Positions 1 to 10,089 of a stretch of DNA of 30,029 nt are shown here, piece by piece (the first letter of the stretch is position 1; each line of letters begins with the position of its first letter). The stretch is from Candidatus Acetothermia bacterium. GTDB lineage: Bacteria > Bipolaricaulota > Bipolaricaulia > RBG-16-55-9 > DRXL01. The notes beneath the pieces were generated by a model. The model was not told the DNA's origin. It was given only the letters and a program-made list of their open reading frames with translations, and made no database searches. The translations under genes and the position numbers were made by a program. The stretch lies in NCBI GenBank assembly GCA_022683945.1, contig JAJHSH010000011.1:1-30029 (forward strand), given 5' to 3'.

Positions 1-51
1 CCCTCCCCGTATACGGGGAGGGAGCGGGTGGGGACGGGAGAGGGGCTGGGG
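1..51. repeat. GC-rich hairpin repeat (REP/MITE-like), copy A: CCCTCCCCG-TATA-CGGGGAGGG hairpin followed by GGGTGGGGACGGGAGAGGGGCTGGGG
   Basis: There is a perfect 9-bp inverted repeat with a 4-nt loop at 1-22. The 18-nt core ACGGGAGAGGGGCTGGGG is identical to the reverse complement of 13911-13928 and similar to 25088-25116. It lies just downstream of the minus-strand DUF458 gene, so it may also act as a terminator. Confidence 0.6.
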
Positions 52-64
52 ATGAGATCAGACA

Positions 65-595
65 TCAAGCGTGCTTGTCGGCGACGCACGAGGCGGCGTA
101 GGAGTCGGGCTTGGTCTTGACGGCAAAGCCGCTCGCGACAATCATGCCGACGACTTCGTCGATGAGCTCGCGGGTGCGCCCGTTGTGTCCGACATCCACG
201 TGAATCTCTAAGTTATAGTCGAGCAGCGTGCGCTGTTCCAACTCTTCCATGAGCTCTTTGGCCAGCTCGAAGCTGAGCAGCGCTTCTCTGTAAATCTTCT
301 GTCGCAGGGTGTAGATATTTCTCTCGCGGATGCGCTTCCAGAAATAGCGACCGCCCTTGCCCACGCGGTGGATGATGACCGCGCTGACAAAATCCATCTC
401 GCCGGGACTCGAATGCGAATCCGTCCCCACCACGATCTCGTACTGTGTCTTGGGGTCTTCTTCCATGATCGCCACGATCTCGGCGATCACTTCATCAAAC
501 GTCAGCTTGCCCTTGGTCGGGCTGTAAAAACGCGCGGTCTTGAACATACGCACTGTATTATAAACCGAGCGTGAGAGGTGTTCAACTTTTTTCAT
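65..595 (-). CDS. DUF458 / YkuK-family protein (predicted RNase H-like fold)
   Basis: The 176-aa ORF is recalled as similar to Bacillus YkuK-type proteins. Supporting residues include FDEV..I...DP....IVVGTDS and GHNGRTREL. Confidence 0.55.
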   Translation of the reverse strand: MKKVEHLSRSVYNTVRMFKTARFYSPTKGKLTFDEVIAEIVAIMEEDPKTQYEIVVGTDSHSSPGEMDFVSAVIIHRVGKGGRYFWKRIRERNIYTLRQKIYREALLSFELAKELMEELEQRTLLDYNLEIHVDVGHNGRTRELIDEVVGMIVASGFAVKTKPDSYAASCVADKHA

Positions 596-651
596 CGAAA
601 CCCGCTTACTTCACAGCCTCCACGTTGCGCACGTCAAAGGTGCTGTCGCAG

Positions 652-885
652 CTACAACTCGTCAAAGACGCGGCGAAACTCTTCGTCGCTGATTCGTGCT
701 TTGCGCAATTCCTGGTGGAGCAAATAGCGATCTACTTCACGATGGTTGGGGATCGAGAGATGCAATGGCTCCCCCGGCTTGGTCAAAATGATATGAGAAC
801 GCTCGCTACGGATGACCCAGCCGAGTTTCTCCAGCACACGGGCTGCTTGCCGACCTGAACAAAGCGGTAGGTCAGAAATCGCCAT
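652..885 (-). CDS. hicA: HicA-family type II toxin (mRNA interferase)
   Basis: The ORF is 77 aa. It has the ...VLEKLGWVIRSERSHIIL..KPG... pattern typical of YcfA/HicA. It lies immediately downstream of a HicB-like gene, with an 18-nt gap. Confidence 0.7.
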   Translation of the reverse strand: MAISDLPLCSGRQAARVLEKLGWVIRSERSHIILTKPGEPLHLSIPNHREVDRYLLHQELRKARISDEEFRRVFDEL

Positions 886-903
886 TCTATGAGGCTACGA
901 TCT

Positions 904-1176
904 TCACCGGCGGAAGAGAGAAAATCTCTTCTTTGAGAGAGGGGCGTTTGCGGGAGCGCGAGCGCGGATGGCTTTTAGGGCATCCTGAAGTATCACTTCC
1001 AAGCATTCTTGGATTGCTTGCTGGATATTGCGTCGCGCTTCGGCTAAGGTCCGGCCTTGGGACATGCAACCAGGGATATCCAGGCATTCCGCCACAATGA
1101 ACCCATCGTAGCCTTTCTCAAATCTGACTCTCAACTTCCGATGGTCACCGGCTTTGCATTTCTTCATCAGGTGCAA
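904..1176 (-). CDS. hicB: HicB-family antitoxin (UPF0150-like)
   Basis: The ORF is 90 aa. It carries YDGFIVAECLDIPGCMSQGRTLAEARRNIQQAIQECLE, the hallmark HicB N-terminal partial RNase-H-like motif. It is paired with hicA. Confidence 0.7.
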   Translation of the reverse strand: MHLMKKCKAGDHRKLRVRFEKGYDGFIVAECLDIPGCMSQGRTLAEARRNIQQAIQECLEVILQDALKAIRARAPANAPLSKKRFSLFRR

Positions 1177-1318
1177 ATTATATCACGAAACTGACCCCTT
1201 TGCCCAGCCCTTAGGGCTACAAAGCCACATAGCTGCTTGGCGTGACCTGCAATTCAGGAGTCGGTCTAGGAGCGAGTCGGTTGCCAAACTCTCTTTCTTT
1301 TAGTAAATTCTCTACGCT

Positions 1319-2755
1319 ATGGCGACGCTCAAGCTCTTTAATACTCTCGGTCGGCGCAAGGAAGAGCTCAAGCCCCTTCGAGATAACGAAGTCGGCCTCT
1401 ATACCTGCGGGCCGACGGTCTATGATTACGCCCATATTGGGAACCTGAGAACGTATATCTTCGAAGATATCTTGCGCCGCGTGCTCGAATACAATAATTA
1501 TAAAGTCAAGCACGTCATGAATATCACCGACGTCGGCCATCTCACCGGCGACAACTTGGGAGATGCCGACATCGGCGAAGACCGCATGGAGATCTCCGCA
1601 CAGCGCACCGGCAAGAGCGCCTGGGATTTAGCTAAGCTCTACACAGAAGCGTTTTTCAAAGACACCGAAAGATTAAATATTCTAAAGCCCCATATCGTCT
1701 GCAAGGCGACCGATCACATTCCAGAACAGATCGCGCTCGTGCGAAAACTCGAAGCGAAAGGTTATACATATAAGACTTCAGATGGCATCTATTTTGACGT
1801 ATCGAAGTTCCCCACCTACGGAGAGCTGGTCGGTCAAAGTCTTAAAGAGAAGAAGGCCGGAGCGCGCGTCGAAGTCAATCCCGAAAAGCGCAACCCCGCA
1901 GATTTCGCGCTCTGGAAGTTCTCACCGAAGGGCGCGAAGCGCCGCCAGATGGAGTGGGAGAGCCCCTGGGGAGTTGGCTTTCCCGGATGGCACATCGAGT
2001 GCAGCGCTATGAGCACCAAATATCTCGGCCAGCCTTTTGACATCCACTGCGGCGGCGTGGATCACATCTACACACACCATCCCAACGAGATCGCCCAGAG
2101 CGAAGCAGCCGAGGGCGTCAAGATGGCGAACTTCTGGCTGCACGGGGAATTTATGACCGTCGAGGGTCGGCGCATGGGCAAATCTGAAGGCAACGCCTAT
2201 CTCTTAGAAGAGCTGATAGAGCGCGGCTTTAAGCCGCTGGCGTTTCGCTATCTCTGCTTGAACACCCACTATCGCATTCAGCTTAATTTTACGTGGCAAG
2301 CGCTCGAAGGAGCGCAGACAGCTTTAGAAAGATTGCGGGAACACGTGCGCAACGCACGCGCGAACGGAGGCGAACCAGCACAAGGGAAAGTTCTCCCAGA
2401 GGCGCGCGAGCGCTTTCTCGTTGCTCTAAATGACGATCTCAACCTTCCCCAAGCTCTAGGGGCAGTGTGGGACTTCGTGCGTTCGCAACGGAACCCTTCA
2501 GATAAGCTGGCGACGCTCTTGGACTTGGATCGCGTCTTGGGGCTGAGACTGAGCGAAGTGCGACGCGAGGCGGAGCTGGAGATCTCCCCAGAGGTGCAAG
2601 AACTGTTAGCCCAGCGCGAGGCCGCGCGCACAGCGAAAAACTTCAAAGAAGCTGATGCTCTAAGAATGAAGATCGCTGAGTTGGGCTACGAAGTGCTAGA
2701 TACTCCGCAGGGACCGAAAGCGGCTAAACGCTCCGACGCAACCCCCAAGCCGTAA
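1319..2755 (+). CDS. cysS: cysteine--tRNA ligase
   Basis: The ORF is 478 aa. It has the class I HIGH motif (HIGN), a KMSKS-like RMGKS, and the [17 protein letters not shown] signature of CysRS. Confidence 0.95.
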   Translation: MATLKLFNTLGRRKEELKPLRDNEVGLYTCGPTVYDYAHIGNLRTYIFEDILRRVLEYNNYKVKHVMNITDVGHLTGDNLGDADIGEDRMEISAQRTGKSAWDLAKLYTEAFFKDTERLNILKPHIVCKATDHIPEQIALVRKLEAKGYTYKTSDGIYFDVSKFPTYGELVGQSLKEKKAGARVEVNPEKRNPADFALWKFSPKGAKRRQMEWESPWGVGFPGWHIECSAMSTKYLGQPFDIHCGGVDHIYTHHPNEIAQSEAAEGVKMANFWLHGEFMTVEGRRMGKSEGNAYLLEELIERGFKPLAFRYLCLNTHYRIQLNFTWQALEGAQTALERLREHVRNARANGGEPAQGKVLPEARERFLVALNDDLNLPQALGAVWDFVRSQRNPSDKLATLLDLDRVLGLRLSEVRREAELEISPEVQELLAQREAARTAKNFKEADALRMKIAELGYEVLDTPQGPKAAKRSDATPKP

Positions 2756-4523
2756 GATAGCACCCGAAGGTCAGAAGCGAGATGCTGAGCGCCGACGGCA
2801 GGGCGAGCCACCAAAAGGCGATGGGATTGCTCAGCCCGTCGAGCATCAGTCCCCAGTCCAGCAGAGATTCAAAGCGCCCTAAGCGCAAGAAACTAGCCAG
2901 ATGCCCCATCCAGATAGCATACCCCATAGTCAGAGCAGCCGATGCGGTCAATAGCCGATGCCAACGTTGCGGTTCAGGACCGGCCAACAAGAGAACTGTG
3001 AACGGCCAACTGAAAAATCCCAACAGAAGCCCCAAACCGACGTGGGCAAACTCGAAGACGCCGCTCGATAATAAGAGCGCCGGCACTAACGGCAGGCCGA
3101 GCGTTACCATAGCCAAGAACGATAAGAGCATCGGAAATCTCTTCAAGACGGCCCAGAGCGCCCAGCCGATGGAGACCCCCACCAGTGCAGCCGTCAGTCC
3201 CATCCCTAGGGCTTGCCCTGCTCCGTACAAGATCTGACTGAAGATATCGCGAGACCAGCGATCCGTACCCAGAAGGTGCACCAGCGAAGGCGGAGCGGGA
3301 TTCTGCTCCAAAGTGCGATCATAGCCTGTCAAAGGGTCATAGAGACGCCCTTCGTTAGGCGCAGACCAGACCGTGGAGATCAGCAACGGATGTGCTAGGG
3401 CAAAGAGCGCAAAGAGACATAGACTCCCCAGCCCAACCCAAAGCAGCCCTCGAGGAAGGGCCGCGAGCCTGTCGGACGGGGTACGCCTCAGCATGGGAGC
3501 GGCCACGGCACTCAACAACAGAGCGCTCGCGCTCAACATCCAGAACGACCCCAATAAGACGGGAAAATCCGCGCGCACTGCCGCACGCCAGAGCATCCCC
3601 ATGCCGCCCCAAGCGAAGAGCATCTCGACGATGAGCACCAGGCTCAAGCTGAAGGCCGCAAAGAAAGCCGACAGAGCAGTCGGCGCAGAGCCTACGTAAA
3701 GAAAGAAGAAAGTGCCCGAGGCGGCCAAGAGAGGCACTAGGGTAATCAGAAGCAGCGCCATATGATGAAGAATATTGACCATCAGTGCGAGAGTGTTGGC
3801 TTGGTGCCAAGCGACGGCACAGGCCGCCAGCAGCCCAGCGAAGACCAACAGACTCAGACCCAGACGCACGGAAACGCGAGCGATACGTGCGCCGATCGCC
3901 CAAGTGAGCGCGCCGCTCAGCGTGGCTATGAGCACTGCACCGGTGATCTGAAGAAAGAGCGCGTTCACAGAGGTCGTCGCCGCTTGCCATAGTTCCGGGG
4001 AGAGCAGCCCGCCGCTGGGGAATAGTCGGAGCTGATCTGCTAAGCCCCAGCGGAGCAGCGCTCCCCACCACGGCAGAAAGAGCGAAGCGAGCGCTAAGAG
4101 CGCCAGAGCGCTGTGAAAGCGTCGCACCGTCGAGCGGCTCTGTAGAACAATTTGCAACAAGCGGCCCAGAGGCAGAGCGAGCAAGAGCGCCAAGAGCCAG
4201 AGCGTGAGCGTGCGCGGGGCCATCTCTGCGAGCACCTGTGCGACGGGGCGGCCACCCAGCAACGCCGGCCCCAAGTCGAGCGTTATCAGCCTTTTCAAGA
4301 AGAGCAGATACTGTTCGTGTAGAGGGCCTTTCAATTGCAATTGCTCTTGAAGAGAGATCGGCGGGCCGGCCAGCGAGGGGCGGGGGAGACCCACGGGCGT
4401 GCGCATGAGTATTTCTGGGACTATCTGCAAAAAGATAAAGAGCAGCGAAGCGACAGCCCACAGCCCCAGCGCCGTTCCAGCAAGCCATGACAAGACGTTT
4501 CGCACTCTGCTCTGTCCGTTCAT
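2724..4523 (-). CDS. fused ABC-transporter permease (DppB/OppB-like N-half plus DppC/OppC-like C-half)
   Basis: The ORF is 599 aa and polytopic. The N-terminus has LQIVPEIL...[37 protein letters not shown], matching an OppB/DppB N-terminus. The DppC-like part has [28 protein letters not shown] (compare HxLGTDxxGRDvxSR). The DppB-like part has [15 protein letters not shown]. The EAA loop of the first half looks degenerate. The gene ends 32 nt inside the convergent cysS 3' end. Confidence 0.7.
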   Translation of the reverse strand: MNGQSRVRNVLSWLAGTALGLWAVASLLFIFLQIVPEILMRTPVGLPRPSLAGPPISLQEQLQLKGPLHEQYLLFLKRLITLDLGPALLGGRPVAQVLAEMAPRTLTLWLLALLLALPLGRLLQIVLQSRSTVRRFHSALALLALASLFLPWWGALLRWGLADQLRLFPSGGLLSPELWQAATTSVNALFLQITGAVLIATLSGALTWAIGARIARVSVRLGLSLLVFAGLLAACAVAWHQANTLALMVNILHHMALLLITLVPLLAASGTFFFLYVGSAPTALSAFFAAFSLSLVLIVEMLFAWGGMGMLWRAAVRADFPVLLGSFWMLSASALLLSAVAAPMLRRTPSDRLAALPRGLLWVGLGSLCLFALFALAHPLLISTVWSAPNEGRLYDPLTGYDRTLEQNPAPPSLVHLLGTDRWSRDIFSQILYGAGQALGMGLTAALVGVSIGWALWAVLKRFPMLLSFLAMVTLGLPLVPALLLSSGVFEFAHVGLGLLLGFFSWPFTVLLLAGPEPQRWHRLLTASAALTMGYAIWMGHLASFLRLGRFESLLDWGLMLDGLSNPIAFWWLALPSALSISLLTFGCYLTAWGLRRSV

Positions 4524-4529
4524 AATCTT

Positions 4530-5348
4530 TCAGAATTGCGCTACGAACAAGAACTTTCTGGCCCACGAGCGCCCTGCGCACAATTTGATCCCGTGCTCGA
4601 TAAGATCTTCAGCTATCGGCTCGAACTCCAACCATTCTATCAGAGGGAAGCCCACCTGCTGCAATTCTGAAGAGAGTCTGCTGCGCTCGAAGGGACAATG
4701 CGTCTCGCGCATCTCTAAATCTTCCATCGCTGTGCCGAACGACCAGATTTTGGTGACAAAATCTTGCAGATCGCGTCGGGAGAGCCAGAGCATGCCATCG
4801 GCTTGCTCTTCTGAAATGACCGTTCTGAATTTATAATTTTTGACAAAATAGTCGAATTGAGCTCGAGCCTGTGTGCTGAGACAGACGCGCACTCTCTCTG
4901 GGCCGGGGTCGAGATGATCGAGCGCTATCAGCCGTCCGCCGGGCTTGAGAACCCGTTTGATCTCTTGGAAGACCTGTAAGAGTTCGCCGGGTTGGCCGAA
5001 CAGGTAGATCTCATGCAGGACTTGAGCTGCGAGCACCATATCGAAGCTCTGATCGGGGAAGGGAAGATCGTTGGCGCGGGCAGCATAAAGTTCGGCTTGA
5101 GGGCAAGTGCGGCGCGCGTCGTCCAAACGAACGGGAGATTCGTCAACGCCGACGATGCGTTTTACACCGTGTGCCATGACGGCTTGGAGATACTGGCCGG
5201 AGCCGCAGCCGATGTCTAAGAAAGATTCGCACTTCCCCAAGCGATCTAGGACAAGTCGGATGCGCTCTTGCAATCGTTGGTTGGCCCGCTCGCGCTGCGT
5301 TAAGGCTTCAGCAGCCTCTTTGGAGTATAACGGTCCTGGTGCGCTCAT
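4530..5348 (-). CDS. class I SAM-dependent methyltransferase
   Basis: The ORF is 272 aa. It has motif I LDIGCGSGQY and the remaining Rossmann-fold MTase motifs (VLKPGGRL). Its start overlaps the NUDIX gene stop by 4 nt. Confidence 0.8.
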   Translation of the reverse strand: MSAPGPLYSKEAAEALTQRERANQRLQERIRLVLDRLGKCESFLDIGCGSGQYLQAVMAHGVKRIVGVDESPVRLDDARRTCPQAELYAARANDLPFPDQSFDMVLAAQVLHEIYLFGQPGELLQVFQEIKRVLKPGGRLIALDHLDPGPERVRVCLSTQARAQFDYFVKNYKFRTVISEEQADGMLWLSRRDLQDFVTKIWSFGTAMEDLEMRETHCPFERSRLSSELQQVGFPLIEWLEFEPIAEDLIEHGIKLCAGRSWARKFLFVAQF

Positions 5349-5770
5349 AGGTGTTGTGCTGCTCGTCGGATAAGCTCTTGCTGATCTTGGAGCAGATCGT
5401 AGTCAGCGAGTTTGCTCAGGTCAGCCCACTCGGCAGCTTCGATGTCGGAATCGGCGCGCAGCTCTCCAAGCCTATAGCGTGCCAGGAGCGCGATCAAGAC
5501 ATAGTGATACTGGACGCGCCCGTCGGCATCGCGAGAGATTCTATCTAAGACATCCAAAACTTTTTCGGTTTCGATCTCAATGTGACATTCTTCGCGAATT
5601 TCTCTTTGGGCAGCATCGCGCACGGTCTCGCCCATCTCGACGATCCCACCGGGGAGGCTCCATTGGCCCTTTCGTGGCTCGCGCCCGCGACGTACCAATA
5701 AGATCTTGCTGTCTTTGAAGACCAAGACGCTCACGCCTACAATCGGCTGGCCGGGATACTCGCGTTGCAT
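5345..5770 (-). CDS. NUDIX hydrolase
   Basis: The ORF is 141 aa. The Nudix box reads GGIVEMGETVRDAAQREIREECHIE. Confidence 0.85.
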   Translation of the reverse strand: MQREYPGQPIVGVSVLVFKDSKILLVRRGREPRKGQWSLPGGIVEMGETVRDAAQREIREECHIEIETEKVLDVLDRISRDADGRVQYHYVLIALLARYRLGELRADSDIEAAEWADLSKLADYDLLQDQQELIRRAAQHL

Positions 5771-5888
5771 TCGAGGCTCCTATCTGAATGAACACGAATG
5801 CTATTATAATCGGGTAGCGGGCTCGCGAGCGTGCTTCAGCACGCTTCTATCTGCTGAGCTGCTGAGCCGGCGACTTCAGTCGTCGGCA

Positions 5889-6203
5889 CTACTGTGACCC
5901 CGCATCGCCCTTGCGTGCGAGTCTCTGCTCGTATTTTCTCAGTACTTGCTGGAGCGCCTCTTCGAGATCCACGCCGGTGCTATTGGCGACACAGACCAGC
6001 GAGAAAAAGACGTCGCCCAATTCCCCTGCCCATGCTGCTGAAGGCTGGAAAGACTTGCGCCCATAGTGTGTGGCTTTAAGAGCTTCTTTGGCCAGCTCAC
6101 CGACTTCAGAAGCGAGATCGAGCAAGCGGGCTTCTATCACGATCTCGAGATGGTGGGTCTCAACAAAACGAGCCACAGATTCTTGAAAAGGAGAAAGGCT
6201 CAA
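5889..6203 (-). CDS. MazG-like nucleotide pyrophosphohydrolase (small all-alpha NTP-PPase)
   Basis: The ORF is 104 aa. The pattern LASEVGELAKEALKATHYG...ELGDVFFSLVCVAN..GVDLEEAL is typical of MazG-domain proteins. Two hairpins downstream (5820-5845 and 5861-5885) look like terminators. Confidence 0.6.
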   Translation of the reverse strand: MSLSPFQESVARFVETHHLEIVIEARLLDLASEVGELAKEALKATHYGRKSFQPSAAWAGELGDVFFSLVCVANSTGVDLEEALQQVLRKYEQRLARKGDAGSQ

Positions 6204-6239
6204 AAGACTCTCCCTCCAGCTGATGGGCTGATGCTTAAA

Positions 6240-7115
6240 TTACTTGCCGTCTTTACTCATGAGCGCCTTAAGCAAATCAACGGGCAGCGGAAAGACAATC
6301 GTGCTCGTATTGCGCTCTGTGCTGATGTCCACGATCGTTTGTAAGTAGCGCAATTGCAGCGACGCCGGATTTTGCTGGAGAATCTCTGCGGCCTCACGAA
6401 GTTTTTGCGCTGCTTGTTGCTCGCCTTCAGCATTGATGATCTTGCTGCGGCGCTCACGCTCAGCCTCAGCTTGACGAGCCATGGCCCGTTGCATATCTTG
6501 TGGAATTCTCACGTCTTTAATCTCGACCGACTTGACTTTGATCCCCCAAGGATCGGTCTGCTCATCTATGATCGCTTGTAACTGTTTGTTGAGCTTCTCG
6601 CGCTCGGCCAACAATTCGTCCAGCTCCACTTGACCCAAGACGCTGCGCAGCGTCGTCTGCGCGATCTGGCTCGTCGCTTGCAGATAGTCTTCGACCTCGG
6701 TGATCGCTTGGTCGGGGGCCATGACTCTGAAGAAGACAATCGCATTGACGCTCACGGTGACGTTGTCGCGGGTGATCACTTCTTGGGGCGGGACGTCGAA
6801 CGTCACCGTACGAAGATCCACCTTCACCACTTGATCAATAATGGGAATGATGAAGAAGAGTCCCGGGCCTTTCGCTCCCTGCAGACGCCCTAAGCGAAAG
6901 ATCACCACGCGCTCGTACTCGCGAACGATCTTGATCGCGTTGAGCAGGAAGAGCAAGAAAATCGCGAGGAGAATCAAAACAGCCGTATTGGGCAGCATAA
7001 TACCTCCTAGAAATCTGAAGATGATATCCCAACCGAGCAACGACCCCATCAGCACGACGAAGGCGATCAAGACACCGAGAAGCTCTGTCCAGCCCTGTCG
7101 TGACGGTTGTTTCAT
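6240..7115 (-). CDS. SPFH/band-7 (stomatin/slipin-like) membrane protein
   Basis: The core [18 protein letters not shown]...[23 protein letters not shown].. is followed by a coiled-coil. The ORF is open to 7175. ATG at 7115 is preferred because it leaves room for the divergent tpiA promoter, and ATG at 6998 is also possible. Confidence 0.8.
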   Translation of the reverse strand: MKQPSRQGWTELLGVLIAFVVLMGSLLGWDIIFRFLGGIMLPNTAVLILLAIFLLFLLNAIKIVREYERVVIFRLGRLQGAKGPGLFFIIPIIDQVVKVDLRTVTFDVPPQEVITRDNVTVSVNAIVFFRVMAPDQAITEVEDYLQATSQIAQTTLRSVLGQVELDELLAEREKLNKQLQAIIDEQTDPWGIKVKSVEIKDVRIPQDMQRAMARQAEAERERRSKIINAEGEQQAAQKLREAAEILQQNPASLQLRYLQTIVDISTERNTSTIVFPLPVDLLKALMSKDGK

Positions 7116-7199
7116 CCGGTTCACCGTACAATATAATAACGCTTGCAGGAAGAATAAGCAAATCGCTGACGTCATATAAAATTGATAGAATACAGTCCT

Positions 7200-7976
7200 A
7201 TGAGCAATAGAACGCGTCGCAAGCTCCTAGTCGCCAACTGGAAGATGCACTTTCTTCGTGCTTCGGCGCTTGATTATCTCAAAGTTTTCAGAGAGCGCGT
7301 GCGTGCTGTAATGAAGACAGAGATCGTTCTAGCGCCGCCGTTTACGCTCTTGGAAGCCGTAGGGCGTGAGATCCGAGAGACTCAAATTAAACTAGCAGCT
7401 CAAGATCTCTTCTATGAAAACGAAGGAGCGTTCACAGGAGAAATCTCGGCGGCGATGCTCAAAGATTTGGGTTGCGCCTATGTGATTGTGGGACATTCGG
7501 AGCGTCGGCGACTCTTTGGGGAGACCGACGAGCTTATCAACAAGAAACTGCAAGCTGCGCTCGAGGCCGATCTTCTCCCGATTCTCTGCATCGGTGAAAC
7601 GCTCGAAGAGCGTCGCGCGGGGAGAACGCAAGCCGTGCTGGAGACTCAACTTCGTCGAGCGCTGGAAGGACTTGCGCCCTCAGAGAAGCACCTGATCGCT
7701 TACGAACCCGTTTGGGCCATCGGGACGGGGGTCAACGCCGAGCCCGCCCAAGCGCAAGAGAGCGCCCGCTTCATCCGTGAACGATTGAGATCGTTCTTGG
7801 GCGAAGAGAGAGCCCAGGATGTGCGGATTCTCTACGGCGGCAGCGTGAGAGTTTCTAACTTAGAGAGCTTTTTGCAGATGCCTGACATTGACGGGGCGCT
7901 AGTAGGAGGCGCGTCGCTCGATCCCGTGTCGTTTGCGGAGATGGTGCAGCAAACGGAGCGAATGGTGCCAAGCTAA
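7200..7976 (+). CDS. tpiA: triose-phosphate isomerase
   Basis: Diagnostic motifs are [25 protein letters not shown] and ILYGGSV. The track ORF starts at TTG 7182, but ATG at 7200 gives the canonical N-terminus. Its stop overlaps the convergent glnS stop. Confidence 0.92.
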   Translation: MSNRTRRKLLVANWKMHFLRASALDYLKVFRERVRAVMKTEIVLAPPFTLLEAVGREIRETQIKLAAQDLFYENEGAFTGEISAAMLKDLGCAYVIVGHSERRRLFGETDELINKKLQAALEADLLPILCIGETLEERRAGRTQAVLETQLRRALEGLAPSEKHLIAYEPVWAIGTGVNAEPAQAQESARFIRERLRSFLGEERAQDVRILYGGSVRVSNLESFLQMPDIDGALVGGASLDPVSFAEMVQQTERMVPS

Positions 7977-9646
7977 TTTTGTTTTCTCTGGAGCTTTGCC
8001 CAGGTGTCTTTCAGATCAACGGTGCGATTGAAGACTTTTTTCGCCGTCGAGTCCGGGTCGACGCAGAAATACCCCTTGCGCTCAAACTGAACGCGATCCC
8101 CAGCTTGGGCGTCGGCCAAGCTCGGCTCAAGCTTGCAGTTCTGTAAAACAATGAGCGAGTTGGGGTTGATGTTCTCTTTCCAACTACGGCCCTCCGGCAC
8201 GTCCAACGGATCGGGCTTGGTGAAGAGACGTTCATATAAGCGCACTTCAGCCTCAATCGCGTGCTGTGCTGAAACCCAGTGGATCGTCGCTTTCACCTTT
8301 CGCCCGTCGGGGGCATCGCCGCCGCGCGTCGCGGGATCATAGGTGCAGCGCAGCTCGAGCGCATTCCCCTGCGCGTCTTTGACGACGTCAACGCATTTGA
8401 CAAAGTACGCATAGCGCAGTCGGACTTCGCGCCCGGGAGCTAGACGATAGAAGTCTTTCGGCGGGTTCTCCATAAAATCGTCGCGCTCGATATATAAGAC
8501 TTTCGAGAACGGGACTTTGCGCGTGCCGGTGCTGGGGTCTTCGGGATTGTTGATCGCTTCGAACTCTTCAATTTGATCATCGGGATAGTTGGTGATGACG
8601 ACCCTGAGCGGATCGAGCACGGCCAGACGTCGGAGAGCGCGCTTGTTCAGGTCTTGACGCAGAGAATGCTCTAACATCTCGATCTCGACGATGCTCTCGA
8701 CCTTGGTTACCCCCACTCTTTGCATAAAATCGCGAATCGCTTCGGGCGTGTAGCCGCGGCGGCGCAGCGCCGCAATCGTCGGCATTCTCGGATCGTCCCA
8801 GCCGCGCACATGGCCCTCCTGTACTAACTGCAAGAGCAACCGCTTGCTCATGACGGTGTAAGTGAGATTGAGTCTGGCAAATTCGATCTGTTGCGGATGG
8901 TGAATCCCCAACTGATCCAAGAACCAATCGTAGAGCGGCCGATGGTCTTCAAACTCTAACGTGCAGATGGAGTGCGTGATGCCCTCGATAGAATCTGATT
9001 GCCCGTGCGCCCAATCATACGATGGATAGATGCACCATCTCTCTCCGGTGCGGTGGTGCGTGGCGTGGCGGATGCGATACATCACGGGGTCGCGCATATT
9101 TAAGTTGGGATGGGCCATATCTATCTTAGCGCGCAGCGTTTTGGAGCCGTCGGGAAACTCCCCGGCGCGCATTCTTCTAAGGAGATCGAGATTCTCTTCG
9201 ATAGAGCGATGGCGATAAGGGCTTTCTCTTCCGGGGGTCTGGAGCGTGCCGCGATAGGCCGTGACCTCTTCGGCAGAAAGATCACAGACATAAGCTTGGC
9301 CCTTCTTAATAAGTTCTTCGGCCCACTGGTAGAGCTGCTCGAAATAATCCGAAGCGTAGAATTCGCGGTCTTCCCAAGCTGCGCCGAGCCATTGGACGTC
9401 GCGCTTGATGGCATCTACGTACTCTTGCTCTTCTTTTTCGGGGTTGGTGTCGTCGTAGCGTAAATTAAACTTGCCCTTGAAATCTTGGGCGATCCCGTAG
9501 TTGAGCAAGATGCTCTTGGCGTGGCCGATGTGCAAGTAGCCATTGGGTTCAGGGGGAAAGCGCGTGTGCACGCGCCCGCCATATTTCCCCATCTTTATAT
9601 CGTTGGCGATGATCTCGCGGATGAAGTCTTTGGGGGCTTCGTTCAT
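7973..9646 (-). CDS. glnS: glutamine--tRNA ligase
   Basis: The ORF is 557 aa. [18 protein letters not shown] is a classic GlnRS start and HIGH motif. The length is typical. The start ATG overlaps the stop of the upstream RHH gene (ATGA). Confidence 0.93.
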   Translation of the reverse strand: MNEAPKDFIREIIANDIKMGKYGGRVHTRFPPEPNGYLHIGHAKSILLNYGIAQDFKGKFNLRYDDTNPEKEEQEYVDAIKRDVQWLGAAWEDREFYASDYFEQLYQWAEELIKKGQAYVCDLSAEEVTAYRGTLQTPGRESPYRHRSIEENLDLLRRMRAGEFPDGSKTLRAKIDMAHPNLNMRDPVMYRIRHATHHRTGERWCIYPSYDWAHGQSDSIEGITHSICTLEFEDHRPLYDWFLDQLGIHHPQQIEFARLNLTYTVMSKRLLLQLVQEGHVRGWDDPRMPTIAALRRRGYTPEAIRDFMQRVGVTKVESIVEIEMLEHSLRQDLNKRALRRLAVLDPLRVVITNYPDDQIEEFEAINNPEDPSTGTRKVPFSKVLYIERDDFMENPPKDFYRLAPGREVRLRYAYFVKCVDVVKDAQGNALELRCTYDPATRGGDAPDGRKVKATIHWVSAQHAIEAEVRLYERLFTKPDPLDVPEGRSWKENINPNSLIVLQNCKLEPSLADAQAGDRVQFERKGYFCVDPDSTAKKVFNRTVDLKDTWAKLQRKQN

Positions 9647-10068
9647 GCTTTGACCTCTGTCTTTGCTTGTACTTGGCTGGTCGTCTCTAGTTCGTGCAGC
9701 TTCTCCTTGATCCAGCTACGGATGAGCGTCGTATATCCCAGACCATGCTCTGCGGCCAGCCGTTTCAGCTGCCGGAGCTCTTCTTCAGCGATCCGCACAG
9801 ACACGGTCTTGCTCGCTGGACGCTTGAAAATAACATGTTCTGTCACGTCCTCCATCTGGTCCCAGTAATCAGCCGAATCGTGCTTCTCCCAGAAGTCGGC
9901 GATCTCTTCTGGGCTCATTTTTTCAAAGTCAGGTAGCTTCTTCTTTCTAAGGGGCTGTGCTTTCGTCAAGCTTGCCCTCGTGCCGGTAGAGCTGGTACTT
10001 GCGAGCAATCTTTTGCGCCCAGACCAACTTCTCAATCTCCACATAGCATCAGGGAGAAATCGTAACAC
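9643..10068 (-). CDS. BrnA-like ribbon-helix-helix antitoxin homologue (no BrnT toxin partner present)
   Basis: [17 protein letters not shown]...[44 protein letters not shown] matches the FWxxHDSxDY ... ISLRLP..LL..LK..A....VPYQSLIK pattern of BrnA/CopG-type antitoxins. The start is uncertain. Candidates are GTG 10068, ATG 10044 and ATG 9918, and none has a good SD. There is not enough room for a BrnT gene between it and the upstream gene. Confidence 0.6.
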   Translation of the reverse strand: MLRFLPDAMWRLRSWSGRKRLLASTSSTGTRASLTKAQPLRKKKLPDFEKMSPEEIADFWEKHDSADYWDQMEDVTEHVIFKRPASKTVSVRIAEEELRQLKRLAAEHGLGYTTLIRSWIKEKLHELETTSQVQAKTEVKA

Positions 10069-10089
10069 AAAGTGATACGGTTATCAAGA

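Noticed and set aside
1217-1540. 107-aa minus-strand ORF overlapping the cysS 5' end
   Set aside because: It overlaps the conserved CysRS N-terminus in antisense and has no recognisable motif.
3355-4581. 408-aa ORF on the minus strand, Arg/Ala/Ser-rich
   Set aside because: It lies entirely within the DppB/DppC-like permease gene in another frame. The low-complexity, Arg-rich translation is typical of an off-frame GC-rich artifact.
7116-7175. Upstream 20-codon extension of the SPFH gene reaching to 6 nt from tpiA
   Set aside because: It would eliminate the divergent tpiA promoter region. The ATG at 7115 still yields an N-terminal TM helix before the SPFH core.
9919-10089. Possible degenerate BrnT toxin between the pentapeptide gene and the BrnA-like gene
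   Set aside because: Only ~170 nt are available, and in frame they are the RHH gene's own possible N-terminal extension (KKKLPDFEK...). There is no BrnT-like translation in any frame by inspection.
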